Origin: Tortispora ganteri
Lineage: Eukaryota
Direction: 5' to 3'
Assembly (NCBI GenBank): GCA_003707115.1
Contig: PPNB01000031.1
Location: 1-64,000 of the forward strand
Length of the DNA stretch: 64,000 nucleotides
Within the stretch, counting starts at the first letter, position 1; each line of letters starts with the position of its first letter. The position numbers and the translations under genes were made by a program. Shown here piece after piece: positions 51,050 to 61,905 of the stretch. A model generated the notes under the pieces. That model was not told the DNA's origin and did not search any database. It worked only from the letters and a program-made list of their open reading frames with translations.

Positions 51050-52063
51050 CTATATTTTAGTTCTAGGATTGAGATCAGTGAGGAAGTCCTTTACCATTTC
51101 AAATGAAACCCAGGAGGCGGCCATAGAGGGAGCTACCTTTAGGAGGTTTGCAGATAGTCCCTTATAGAGTCCGAGTACGCCTTCCTTTTGGACAATCGAT
51201 GTCAGTGCGCCCCAGACTGACGGGTACTGGAATCCTATGGAAGACATAGTGTTTACCTGGAATCGCCTGCGAAGTACGTCAAAAGGGTAGGTGAGCGTTT
51301 GTGCGATTGCACCCGAAAGCGCGCCGCATGTGAGCTTACCCATAGCAGAAGGTTGTGTTTCACCCTGCGGGATAGCGTATTCACGGAGTCCTTCATAGAC
51401 GGCGAAATTGAGACCAACGTAGGGCGCGACACCGAGAGTTGTTGGCCATATACCTCTGTAGAGCGCTTTGATTCCGCCTTCGGTGCGATACATCATGACC
51501 ATAGTCTCCCACATGCCAGGGATGCGTTCACCCTTTGCGAGGGCTTCGGCGCCGTGATGAGCGCCAATAGTTGCTGTGTAAATAGACAAACGCGTACGAA
51601 CAATATCCAAAGGATATGTTGCGGCTACACAGAGAATTCCGGCAATAGCACCGGCAAATAGGCGGTTAGGTGTGTCGAGTTCGGTTTCGCCAGGACGAAG
51701 AAGCGCTTCTTTAAGCACGGTATAGGAGCTGAACTGAACAGCGGAATAAGGGATGATTCTGATGCAGTTGATACCGTTTCCACGCATAAATCCGCGCCAA
51801 CCTTCTTCTTTCCACATTTTCATGAGAGTGGGGCCGACACCAATATAGTTTGCAGATGCGGGCCCTTGTATCTGGAATATAATCTTCATGCGTTCAAACG
51901 GCGATACGACAGTTCGCGACACAGCGCCTGCTACACCTCCAGCAATAAATGATGCCACAGTAGAGCTCGAAAGCCAGGTGTAGAGTTTCACCATACTCTT
52001 AGAGGGTCGTTCCGGGCTAGCGGCTAGGTGGACATTAGTGGTAGATGGCGTTTCTTCAAGCAT
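51050..52063 (-). CDS. Mitochondrial carrier, YPR011C-like (APS/PAP/sulfate carrier; SLC25A42-related)
   Basis: Three carrier repeats (PFERMK, PLDIVR, PFDVLR); MRGNGINCIRI, MYRTEGG..ALYRGIWPT. Confidence 0.85.
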   Translation of the reverse strand: MLEETPSTTNVHLAASPERPSKSMVKLYTWLSSSTVASFIAGGVAGAVSRTVVSPFERMKIIFQIQGPASANYIGVGPTLMKMWKEEGWRGFMRGNGINCIRIIPYSAVQFSSYTVLKEALLRPGETELDTPNRLFAGAIAGILCVAATYPLDIVRTRLSIYTATIGAHHGAEALAKGERIPGMWETMVMMYRTEGGIKALYRGIWPTTLGVAPYVGLNFAVYEGLREYAIPQGETQPSAMGKLTCGALSGAIAQTLTYPFDVLRRRFQVNTMSSIGFQYPSVWGALTSIVQKEGVLGLYKGLSANLLKVAPSMAASWVSFEMVKDFLTDLNPRTKI

Positions 52064-53403
52064 AATGATCGAGCCATGGAAAGCAGATCAACAGCAGCAG
52101 AAAATCTAAATAACAAAAGGAGGTTTCGCAGATATTAGCGGAAAACGAATAAGGCCTACTAGGGCGAATCTCGCGGTGATAGTAGGGGAAACAGCAAGCG
52201 GTCGACTGCTCGAAAGTCGAAAGTCGAAAGACTAGTGGCAGAACAACAACGTTATACCGGTAAACAAGTCAGGCAAATAACAACCTATTATAGGTATCAC
52301 GTGAATATAATTAAAAAGAGAGGATAGACCGTATTAGTATGATCACAATAGCAGTATACACGGTCGTATGGGCTAGACGAGTAGTAGTCGGTGCTGGAAG
52401 TGTCTTTGTGGGGAAGTAACATCCCCACGGCTGCTATGCTATACTTTTAAGCTCCGGCTATGCCCGATGAGCTCTAGTTTCGGCCAATGAGAGACATTGG
52501 TTTTCACTAAAGTCCTATGAAACGCGCGCGAAGACTGATATGCATTTATTCTTGGAATTTACTCGCATCCTGCTATCAAAAAAATTAATTATCAAGCAAG
52601 TCAGTTACCAAGTTTCTTAGTTCAGCAATAGATTGCGTGTTCTGCGAGCTGAATTGTGTTAACTATGAGTGATTTTTATTGGACAGCACCCAACTCTTCG
52701 GCCCCGCAATAACCAAACGGAGGCAGCGGCTCCATCAATTACCACTCTTACAAGGACATTAAAGCGTATTCACATATACTATACGGTCATGCAAATAGAC
52801 AAAAGGTTTCAATATTCTTGTTGTACTTATACATTATGAGTATGACAAGCCAATCAGCCAGATCATTGGGCATCGCTCATAAATTAACCGCCGAAGTTTC
52901 ATAACTTTATTCTTTTATCTGATCCTTTAATCCAGGAATGACTCAGTACATTTCTGTTCTTCCATGCAGCATATCCAAAACGGTATCTATCAAATAGCAG
53001 TACTAAAAAGAACAAAAATTGGCACTATCACTTGCCAGTTTGCACAACTTATATAGTCTCCGCTGCTTTCCGCTGCTTGCCACTTTCTAGCAATGAAGTA
53101 ATCGCAGATTTAAAGTTTAAACCCTTAACCCTACAACGCCATTTTTGCTGCCGGCTATATATATAAGTCTAGTATTTTCTGCAACATATACCGCACTTAA
53201 CTTTCCTCTCCCACTTTTATATCTGTGCAATTTGTACTTTGTGCGTCTGAATCGACCAATTAAAAACAAATCCATTCCGATTTATTAACTTCTGTTTTTG
53301 TTTTACTGCACCCCTTTACTGTCGTCAATATCGCTTACGTCGCTAGCATTTGGCACTCGAAAGAAAGAGAATATAAACGAATCGGATTGACTTATTGCCT
53401 CAC

Positions 53404-53946
53404 ATGCTACATTCAATCAAACTGACAAGCCAAGCATGGCGTGGCTCTAATGGCCTGAGAACCTCTCCAGTGGTTCCGATGATCCGAAGCTACCATCAGA
53501 AAGTCTTGGATCACTACCAAAAACCGCGTAATGTCGGCACCCTCGACAAAACCGACATTAATGTCGGTACTGGACTCGTCGGTGCGCCTGCATGTGGCGA
53601 TGTAATGAGATTACAAATTAGAGTAGACGAGAATGGAAAGATATCCGAAGCTAAATTCAAAACATTTGGATGCGGCTCCGCTATCGCTTCTTCTTCCTAC
53701 TTGACCGAACTTGTTCAAGGCATGTCTTTGGATGACGCCGGCCGTATCAAGAATACCGTCATTGCTAAAGAGTTATCTTTGCCTCCAGTAAAACTGCATT
53801 GCAGTATGCTCGCTGAGGACGCTATTAAATCTGCAATCAATGACTACCAGTCTAAACGCCTTAAAGCTGGAAAAGCCCCCACTTTAGGCCCTCAAGCCTC
53901 AACCCCCTCTTCTACAACTCTCTCCTCTGGCGGTGCTTCTTCCTAA
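53404..53946 (+). CDS. ISU1: Fe-S scaffold Isu1/IscU
   Basis: ATG at 53404, presequence, YHQKVLDHY, GAPACGD, FGCGSA, LPPVKLHCSM. Confidence 0.97.
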   Translation: MLHSIKLTSQAWRGSNGLRTSPVVPMIRSYHQKVLDHYQKPRNVGTLDKTDINVGTGLVGAPACGDVMRLQIRVDENGKISEAKFKTFGCGSAIASSSYLTELVQGMSLDDAGRIKNTVIAKELSLPPVKLHCSMLAEDAIKSAINDYQSKRLKAGKAPTLGPQASTPSSTTLSSGGASS

Positions 53947-54120
53947 AAAGTACACATTAGCTAAAAAATAGCTACGATTTTGGGCATTTTGTTAACGAAT
54001 ATGGTTCTTCCTGTGATTATATATATATATAACTATATACATGTATCTCTGTAATTAGTTAATGGCTTAGATGTAGCGTTTTGTTGTACGCTGGTCATCA
54101 AACTTAGCTTTCGAACAAAA

Positions 54121-54372
54121 ATGGACTGGAAAGAAGAATTGAATACTCCACCAGTCAGCTTGTCTGCAGAAAAGTGGCAAAACTTGATCGGAAAAAAACT
54201 AATTGATACACCAAATATTAATTCCGACCTAAACTATGTATCAACAGAACAGCTTCCTAATCCTCATAGAGTCTTGCCGCCTGGTGCATTAGCCACTCGA
54301 GATCTCGTACCGAACCGCCTGAACATATCAACTGACTCTGAAAGCATCATAACCAGTGTATATTATGGTTAA
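54121..54372 (+). CDS. Peptidase inhibitor I78-like small protein
   Basis: LIGKK..LP..HRVLPPG..TRD..PNRLNI..D...I..V..G matches the I78/potato-inhibitor-I-like pattern. Confidence 0.8.
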   Translation: MDWKEELNTPPVSLSAEKWQNLIGKKLIDTPNINSDLNYVSTEQLPNPHRVLPPGALATRDLVPNRLNISTDSESIITSVYYG

Positions 54373-54453
54373 TTATATACAATTCATCCACCAAAAATAA
54401 TAACAATAAAAAAAAAAAAGAATTATACCCGTAGTGCAAATCAATTATACATT

Positions 54454-56640
54454 TTAAAGCTCAAATCGCCAGTTTTCGTCAACCACCATCGGGTCATCAG
54501 GTCCAGGCCCGTAATCACCTTCGTATACAACAGCACCAGCTTTACGCGCTCTGTCAACCCATAGAACTGATTCACTGTTCACTATATCATGAATAGTAGC
54601 TCGATTCTCAGGTAAAGGCACTGTCATCCATTTGACGAGTTCGTCCAAACTTCCTTCCTCAGACATGAATCTGGGGTACCATGACGGCGGGGCGGCCACA
54701 TTACCAGTTGGTGACCCCGAATCAAAGGATTCTGTAGGCGCAGAAGCGGATCCTAAAGAATCCATCGAGTTTTGAAAATCAGGGTCTGAAGTTTGAGCTG
54801 ATATTCCATCAATGGTTCGCATACGGCTGTTTCCTTTTGTTCCTGAGTGGATTTCACCACTGCTGAGACGTCCAGCGCCAGACAAATCACCAGATCGCAA
54901 TTTCTGCCAATGTAAGCCGTTATCTGGAAGCACAATATTGGCAGCTGTTTCTAGCATCATAAGCCCTAATGAAAATATATCAGCAGGTTTACCGTATTGC
55001 TGTTTTGAAAGAACTTCCGGTGCAATATATTCCCTATCGCCTTCGCGATCTTCCATATCACCAGTGATCGGTAATTTAGCAGCCATTCCGAAATCTGAAA
55101 TTTTTAGTGTGCCTTCAAAAGTTATTAGTACATTGGCTGGTTTCATGTCGAGATGCACAAATCCAGAATCATGAATAAACCGTAGGCCAAGAGCCAGCTC
55201 GACCAGTATTTTCCAGACCCGCCATTCATCTAGTCTTTTAACACGTCCATGTTCTTGCAAGAAAACATCAAGAGTACCATTCTCGCAATATTCCATTAAA
55301 ACATAAAGATGCTGATTGCATTCCCAATAATCAAACATGTGAATAATATACTCACTACCAGCTTCTGGATCAGCTGTATCATCTCCTTCGTTTTGCAATC
55401 GCTCAATTTTTGAGTGCTTTTCCGAAAGTACTTTAAGAGCTTCTACCTCTTCCATTCTGCGTCGTCGAGACTTTTTGCTGGAGTACGGCCGTTTCGTGCG
55501 CTTCACAGCATATCTTTCAGTGGCATTGTTACCAGAAACCTCGTACACCACGCTGAACTCTCCGATACCTGCAATAGACACTTTGCTAAATCTTTGCCTT
55601 AAGACCGAATCATCTAGAAGATCGAATGACTTGGGCTGTTTAGGCGTTTTTGCAGGAGTGGAAGGAATACTATACTGCGTAGCATTTGGATACGACGAGA
55701 CGACAGGGCTTTGGGGCAGGGACTCTTTATCCCATGCTGCTGGCCTAATAGGGCCATTGGACTCAATAGGAGAAGACGAGGCTATGAATTCGTCGTCCTC
55801 GTCGATACTAGGAGGAAAGTCGTTAGTTATGACATTCTTCAAACCGCTTTTTCTTCTAGTATTCGTTGCTCGGGGCAATGCATGTGAAGGAGTAGAGGCA
55901 GAAATTGATGATATAGTCCCAGGTGGCCCTGACTGCGGTGTAAATGATATAGGCGCGCGCTTTATCGGGGTATCTGGAGGAGGAGTAGATGTAGACGAGG
56001 GAGATTGAGACTTCGGGCGGTTTCGTTTCGATAGTAAACCCGTAGACATAAAAGCTGTCTGTAACGGCTTCACTAAACGATAGCTCGGAGGAGTGGCAAA
56101 TTTCTGTGGGTCTTTCGGCAATAAAGGTGGAGGCTTTCTGTGAGAGGCAGATGAGGAAAGTATATGATGATGAGAGATGTGCGAACGCGAAGGAGACAAG
56201 GGAGAAGGAGGTGAGTCTGAAGCAGAATGGTATACATGTATTGAAGGGTTCGGAAGAGGTAAGTTTGTGTTGAAAGGACTATAATTATTTGTGTTTGCGA
56301 GGTCTTGGTTAAATGACTGAGTTCTTCTTATTTCAGTGTTAGTAGCATCAGTATGAGTATTTGTTATCGATACCAGCGGATCTTTTGTTAAAGCTGAAGT
56401 TCTCGAGCGAGTATCACGGCGCGGGAACCTTCGCTTCAAGCGATGTGGTGGTTTGGTTGGTGAAGCTAGAGAGTCGCGCATAGCCGAAGAGCGTGACTCT
56501 GGACTCTGTGGGTATTCGTTGTCTGAAAGAGAGTGTGACGCGTGTCTCTTAGATATCGGAGAATCGAACGGAGTGATAGATGCCTGGTCTAGATTGATAA
56601 GGCCGGCGGACCGCCGTAGGGGCATCGATGACTCGCGCAT
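54454..56640 (-). CDS. SWE1: Wee1-family kinase Swe1
   Basis: KPLQTAFMSTGLLSK, GIGEFS, HLDMKPAN, DFG, EGDREYIAPE, WQKLRSGDLS. Confidence 0.96.
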   Translation of the reverse strand: MRESSMPLRRSAGLINLDQASITPFDSPISKRHASHSLSDNEYPQSPESRSSAMRDSLASPTKPPHRLKRRFPRRDTRSRTSALTKDPLVSITNTHTDATNTEIRRTQSFNQDLANTNNYSPFNTNLPLPNPSIHVYHSASDSPPSPLSPSRSHISHHHILSSSASHRKPPPLLPKDPQKFATPPSYRLVKPLQTAFMSTGLLSKRNRPKSQSPSSTSTPPPDTPIKRAPISFTPQSGPPGTISSISASTPSHALPRATNTRRKSGLKNVITNDFPPSIDEDDEFIASSSPIESNGPIRPAAWDKESLPQSPVVSSYPNATQYSIPSTPAKTPKQPKSFDLLDDSVLRQRFSKVSIAGIGEFSVVYEVSGNNATERYAVKRTKRPYSSKKSRRRRMEEVEALKVLSEKHSKIERLQNEGDDTADPEAGSEYIIHMFDYWECNQHLYVLMEYCENGTLDVFLQEHGRVKRLDEWRVWKILVELALGLRFIHDSGFVHLDMKPANVLITFEGTLKISDFGMAAKLPITGDMEDREGDREYIAPEVLSKQQYGKPADIFSLGLMMLETAANIVLPDNGLHWQKLRSGDLSGAGRLSSGEIHSGTKGNSRMRTIDGISAQTSDPDFQNSMDSLGSASAPTESFDSGSPTGNVAAPPSWYPRFMSEEGSLDELVKWMTVPLPENRATIHDIVNSESVLWVDRARKAGAVVYEGDYGPGPDDPMVVDENWRFEL

Positions 56641-56807
56641 GATGAAGTCTGAGTGTAATCAGTCGCGGGTAGAATAATGTACGAAAGCACGATCGGGCGT
56701 GCAGAAAATAGTAAGTAGTGCTCCTCTGAGAAGAACAAATAAGGTACAAAAGTAAGTGAGGTTCGATCTCGTAGGTATATAGGCAGCAAAACAGACGTGT
56801 TTGTTAT

Positions 56808-56867
56808 TGTTTACGTTGTAGTCTTCGCAGAAAGATGGGGTGCTAGAAATTTAAGCTTGGGACGCGT
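56808..56867. promoter_or_regulatory. Forkhead and MCB elements upstream of SWE1
   Basis: TGTTTAC 56808-56814 and ACGCGT 56862-56867 upstream of a cell-cycle gene. Confidence 0.45.
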
Positions 56868-57364
56868 TGCGGTGCGCAAACAAGGGGGGTGGAAGTGGTT
56901 TATGGTTGGGAGGCAAAACCGTGATGGCAAATAAGGTTTAGCCCTGAACCCGCATAAAAACCTGGGCGGAATATGTGTGGATATGTCCAGATATGGAGGA
57001 CTATGAGTAGTTACCAGATGTTGTAGACATGCTTATAATAATACTTAAGCTAAAGCTAAAAGAATAAAGGTGATTTCAATGGTCTATCTGCTATGAATAG
57101 GATGTAATCTCCAAATTGCCAAGAACATAAGCAGATATATGTGTATGTTGTACGTCTAGTCAAATTCGAAAAGTCCCAAAGAAGCCACACCCATCGTCAT
57201 CCGCCTGTGTATGTCAGCGTTTTCTACCGTATACGAGGCCATACAGCGATTTCCTCACTCATTTCGATAACCCTGACGCACATTCTTTTAGATACTATTC
57301 TGTAGAAGATACTTTGCTACTACACTATACACTGCTGGTCTGCGTGCTTTACATCTGAATCACG

Positions 57365-58891
57365 ATGACGTCGCCAGATGATTTGGGTAATGCAAAGGCG
57401 GTCAATGCGTCGATTAGCGCCAACGAAGGATCGGTATCCGGTGTTGACTCCGAAAATTCGAAAAGCGATCGTGAACGTACGCCTAAGCTACATGGACTTG
57501 TACATTCTCTATCGCAGGACCGGCCGCCGATGACTGTCGAGACAGAGACTGTCGAAGCGTTGCCGACGCTGCAAGTCAGCAACGCTCCTGAAGGCCCGCG
57601 TCTGAAAAAGAGCTCGGAAACGTTCGGAAAAACTAGAAAAAAGAAGAAACTGCGCTCGCTTGGTTCAAGTGCTACCGCTGGTCAGTCTAATATCTTGTCT
57701 CCTGCTTCTGCAGTAGCTGCCGCTGCTGTTGCCGCAGCTAATACAACAAATACGTCGGCTTCGTCAACTACAAAAGCCGAAGTGTTCGCCGCTAAACTCG
57801 CTTCAGCCGTCGACGAAGCTAACTCTTCTGATAGCGATGAGACTTTCGTTTACGAAAGCGCCCCTTATGTTGTGCCGCGGTACTCGCGACCAGGTTCTAT
57901 TTCATCACTCTCGGGCACCCCGCGTGAGCCCGTAGCACCTTCGAGCCACGCACGAAGATATCAGTGCGCCCGCCTCAGCGGTAATTCACACCCGCTAAAT
58001 TTTGGTATATCATCTGGCGAAGGTTCTTTGTCTAATGTTCATAATAGCTATAAAGTTTCCCACGATGTGCTCGACGCTAGAAAGGTATATAGCATCGACG
58101 ACGACGAAGAAGATTACGACGAAGAAAGCGAACTGCTACCGCTGAACAGATCCTATGACCCACGATCTAGACGTGCTTTGCCGAAAAAACTATTACAAAC
58201 TCCACTTTATGACTCCTATGGCCGTCCGTTATCGCATATTCGCCGGCAGCCTATCCTTGATCCCTACAGGTCGTCCGTGAAGTCCAACCATTTACGGACT
58301 GTGCTTTGTCTTGTGTTAGGATTGCTTGTCGCTACGCTATTTGGATTCTCGCTGGGATTCATACTGGCTTCAAACAAGCCGCTACAGCATGTCAAGGTCA
58401 GAAATATCACAGACGTTCTCGTATCTGAGGATGAGTTAATATGGAACATGCATGTGCAGGCATTTAATCCAGGGTTTCTGGCTGTTGAAATCTCGCATAT
58501 GGATCTGAGTGTCTTCGCACGTCCACATCCACACGAAACCGACCCGGCGTACGATGATATGAGCTTTTCCCTTCCGTGGCCTGGAGGTGACGATGACGGC
58601 GACGGGAGTGATGTGCCGCCAGCTCTACTGCTTGGACGAGTAAATGAATTTGACACAGCTTTGGTATTCCAAAGTGGGTTTTTCTCACGACATACTAAAG
58701 TATCGATCGGTGAAGTTGAGCTTAACAATCCAGGAAATGCTACTGAGGAGGGTCAAAGACGCTGGAAATCGATACTGAAAAGCCGATTTGATTTGATTGT
58801 TCGTGGCGTTCTCAAGTACGAGCTACCACTGTCCAGCGTTGTCCGGACAGCCGCAATCCAAAGTTCCATCCTGGTCGATCCAGATGCGTGA
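57365..58891 (+). CDS. VAC7: Vacuolar segregation protein Vac7
   Basis: MTVETETV, FAAKLASAVDEANSSDSDETFVYES, single TM, LEA-like C-terminal domain, LIVRGVLKY. Confidence 0.9.
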   Translation: MTSPDDLGNAKAVNASISANEGSVSGVDSENSKSDRERTPKLHGLVHSLSQDRPPMTVETETVEALPTLQVSNAPEGPRLKKSSETFGKTRKKKKLRSLGSSATAGQSNILSPASAVAAAAVAAANTTNTSASSTTKAEVFAAKLASAVDEANSSDSDETFVYESAPYVVPRYSRPGSISSLSGTPREPVAPSSHARRYQCARLSGNSHPLNFGISSGEGSLSNVHNSYKVSHDVLDARKVYSIDDDEEDYDEESELLPLNRSYDPRSRRALPKKLLQTPLYDSYGRPLSHIRRQPILDPYRSSVKSNHLRTVLCLVLGLLVATLFGFSLGFILASNKPLQHVKVRNITDVLVSEDELIWNMHVQAFNPGFLAVEISHMDLSVFARPHPHETDPAYDDMSFSLPWPGGDDDGDGSDVPPALLLGRVNEFDTALVFQSGFFSRHTKVSIGEVELNNPGNATEEGQRRWKSILKSRFDLIVRGVLKYELPLSSVVRTAAIQSSILVDPDA

Positions 58892-59118
58892 TCCACACCA
58901 ACTAATCATCACCCATTGTCTGATCGCAGGAACTAGATCAAAAACTCTATATTCATGACTCATACTTCAATTTTTTTTTGCCTGTTGCCTCGCAGCCAAT
59001 AGCTCTTCAGCATTGCTATTTAATCTTTACCTGTTTAGGTAATTTGTATAAAAACTTTATATCACTAGCGCGATCTTTGCCCCTATCGACCCAATTCACC
59101 TTATAAATACACACTTAT

Positions 59119-59124
59119 ACGCGT
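59119..59124. promoter_or_regulatory. MCB element upstream of RFA1
   Basis: ACGCGT about 45 bp upstream of a DNA-replication gene ATG. Confidence 0.5.
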
Positions 59125-59169
59125 TTCTTCTTATTACGCCACTTCACCCTGATTCAACGCCACTTAACC

Positions 59170-61041
59170 ATGGATGATGTACTTTCCGCTGACACCCTCA
59201 AATCTATTGTAAATCTGCGATTTAATGGCAAAAATTATATCGAACAATACCCGACAATCACCCTACAGGTGGCGAGTGTTAAGGAGATTTCTGGTCCTGC
59301 CGAAACTGGCGCGACCCGTCTCCGCTGCGTAGTCAGAGACGGTGCGTACCGTATCAACTATTTTCCTTCCAACAATGCCGTTGATCTTCTTCATGCTGGC
59401 CAGTTTGTTCGCGGCTGTCTGTTCCAGGTATCCAACTACACCATCCAGAGCTACAGGGGTCATTGGATCTTATCTGGAGGCGTACTTAATATTATTGGCC
59501 AAGGCCCTGAACTTTCGCGCGACAACTTAGGTCCACCTGTGACCGAAGCAATACCTGTTCCTGCCGACAATACGTTACCACCTGACCCCTGCTTCGGCGC
59601 TCCTGATAAGCCAGACGGCCTCACTGATCAAGCGCCCACCGCGACGACATCCACGCGTTCGATCGCTACTTCTGCAGCGACTAATGCGCCGTTCGAACAG
59701 GAAGGTGTCGAAGAAACGTTACCATCATCAAATATCCCTATAGTTGACCTGTCACCTTTCCAAAACGCCTGGTCGATTCGTGCTCGCGTCGTCAACAAAT
59801 CAGATGTGCGCGAGTATACCGGCAAATCTGGTGTCGGCCGCGTCATGTCTCTAATCTTGTCGGATAAATCTGGTGAAATCGAGCTGTCTGCTTTTGGAGA
59901 GCTTGCTGATAAAATCTACAACGAAGTCGAAGTAGATTCGACATATGACGTCTCGAAAGCTCGCGTCCAGATAGCTCGCAGCCAGTATCGAGTGAAGAAT
60001 GCTTACTGTTTGTATGCGAACAACGATACTTCATTTGAACGCGTTGCAAGCACATCTAACATGGGAATGCAATTTAACTTTACACCTTTAGCTGATTTGA
60101 CCTCTGTGGCACCTGGTCAAGAAGTCGATATTCTTGCTGCTATTGATTCAGTTGATCCCATTACTGAAATTACTTCTAGAGCAACACAGAAGAAATTCAA
60201 TAAACGAGAAGTCCACTGCGTTGATGACACGGGATACAAAGTTCCTCTTACTTTATGGTCGAAAGATGCCGAAAATTTTAACGCTCCTCGGGGTACGATC
60301 ATTGCCGTCAGACATGCTAAAGTCTCTGATTTCGGCGGTCGTAGCTTAAATGCGAGCCAGCACGGTTTTGTGCTCATCAGTCCAGATATACCTCAGTCGC
60401 ATGCCTTGGCTGGATGGTATGAAAGTCGTAAGAACCAGGACTTCAAGGTGATGGAAAGAGGTCAGCAGCCTGAAAGAGTTAACGCGACGAAAGGACAGAG
60501 GCTTACTGTGGAAGAAGTTGTAAAGGAATCTGAAAAGTTGACAGATCCGACAAGCACAATATTTGTTGATGTTGTTGCTACTGTCCTTTATGTTAGCACC
60601 AAAAGCGTTGTCTATTCATCGTGTCCCAATTCTGATTGCAGAGTGAAGCGAACGATGTCAGATATTGGCGAAAAATGCTCCAAATGTGGTCAAATGATCA
60701 ATGATTTAGAGTATCACTACGTGTTAAACTTGAGTATAGGAGATCCTACTGGCGAAATATGGATCACTGCTTTTGATAACCCTGGTATTACTCTGATGGG
60801 AATGACAGGAACACAGCTTCAAAATCTTGGGTCAGAAGGATCTGAACCGTTTAAAGGAGTGATGTACAATGCCATTAGCAAGCAGTACAATTTCCGTCTC
60901 AAGTTAAAGCAGGATACGTATAACGACGAGACAAGGGTACGAATTACTGCAGTCGGTGCGAATCCGATTAACTTTAAGGAGGAAGGTAAGGCATTGGTGC
61001 ACGAGCTGGAGACCCTAAATATCATCGAGCCTGTGAGTTAA
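59170..61041 (+). CDS. RFA1: Replication protein A large subunit (divergent)
   Basis: Four OB folds: LSPFQNAWSIRARV..KS, DDTG..LTLW, KVSDFGGRSL, C4 zinc ribbon, DPTGEIWITAF, KQDTYNDETR. Confidence 0.9.
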   Translation: MDDVLSADTLKSIVNLRFNGKNYIEQYPTITLQVASVKEISGPAETGATRLRCVVRDGAYRINYFPSNNAVDLLHAGQFVRGCLFQVSNYTIQSYRGHWILSGGVLNIIGQGPELSRDNLGPPVTEAIPVPADNTLPPDPCFGAPDKPDGLTDQAPTATTSTRSIATSAATNAPFEQEGVEETLPSSNIPIVDLSPFQNAWSIRARVVNKSDVREYTGKSGVGRVMSLILSDKSGEIELSAFGELADKIYNEVEVDSTYDVSKARVQIARSQYRVKNAYCLYANNDTSFERVASTSNMGMQFNFTPLADLTSVAPGQEVDILAAIDSVDPITEITSRATQKKFNKREVHCVDDTGYKVPLTLWSKDAENFNAPRGTIIAVRHAKVSDFGGRSLNASQHGFVLISPDIPQSHALAGWYESRKNQDFKVMERGQQPERVNATKGQRLTVEEVVKESEKLTDPTSTIFVDVVATVLYVSTKSVVYSSCPNSDCRVKRTMSDIGEKCSKCGQMINDLEYHYVLNLSIGDPTGEIWITAFDNPGITLMGMTGTQLQNLGSEGSEPFKGVMYNAISKQYNFRLKLKQDTYNDETRVRITAVGANPINFKEEGKALVHELETLNIIEPVS

Positions 61042-61173
61042 ACTGCGGCATTTATCCTTGTTACTTTTCTGTCGATTTGTTAATTTGTTGTGTTATTAGC
61101 CTATGGAATGTTTATGTGTATAAAGCGTCATAATATAAGTCTAACAGGAACCAGGAGTTGACCCAGGTCAGTA

Positions 61174-61905
61174 TTAGAGGTCCGGACGAGTGATATCGGG
61201 GCCCGAGTATGGCTTATCGCTAAGAAGGACTTTAGGGCCAGAGAAAGGCTCACAATCTTTCCGCTTACCACCTTCGGGGCCTGGCTGAAGGGGTTTACCC
61301 TCCTTGAAAGAATCAAGAAGTTTGACAACTCCCTGAGGTGTGAGGTCTTCGTAATAATCATCATTAATAGCCAACATAGGGCCATTCACACAGGCGCCGA
61401 GACACTCGACCTCTGATAAGGTGAACAGGCCATCCGAAGTAGTATGTCCAGGAGTTATGCCCAAATACTTGGTGACAGCATCCATTATACCATCGGAACC
61501 ACATAGCTGGCAAGGAGTAGTTGTACATAGCTGAATGTGGTACTTGCCGACCGGGTTGCGCAAGTACATTGTGTAGAAGGTCGCAACCTCGTAGACACGC
61601 ATTGGCGGCATATCAAGGTACTTCGCCACATAGTTCATCACCGAGATAGATGTCCATCCGAGCTGGCGCTGGCCTAGATCGAGTAGTGGCATAACAGCAG
61701 CTTTCTTGTATTGCGAAGGGTACTTGGCGATGATTTTATCGGCTATCACTTTGTTTTCAGGTGTGAACTCGAAAGGGATGTCCGGGTTGTTTTCAGGTGT
61801 ATTCCTATGAACCATGAGAGACGAATATGAAGCTCGCACATTAGGAGCTCGGAAAACAATCGACCTACTGGCCCGCAAGCCTTGCAATGCTCTTATTCTC
61901 AACAT
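61174..61905 (-). CDS. NDUFV2: Complex I 24-kDa Fe-S subunit (NDUFV2/NUHM)
   Basis: ATG at 61905 with presequence; [35 protein letters not shown]. Confidence 0.96.
   Translation of the reverse strand: MLRIRALQGLRASRSIVFRAPNVRASYSSLMVHRNTPENNPDIPFEFTPENKVIADKIIAKYPSQYKKAAVMPLLDLGQRQLGWTSISVMNYVAKYLDMPPMRVYEVATFYTMYLRNPVGKYHIQLCTTTPCQLCGSDGIMDAVTKYLGITPGHTTSDGLFTLSEVECLGACVNGPMLAINDDYYEDLTPQGVVKLLDSFKEGKPLQPGPEGGKRKDCEPFSGPKVLLSDKPYSGPDITRPDL

Noticed and set aside
53307..53313. TGCACCC (Aft1-type site) before ISU1
   Set aside because: Single copy downstream of the TATA-like run, probably in the 5' UTR; Aft-type iron control is mainly a Saccharomycetaceae feature
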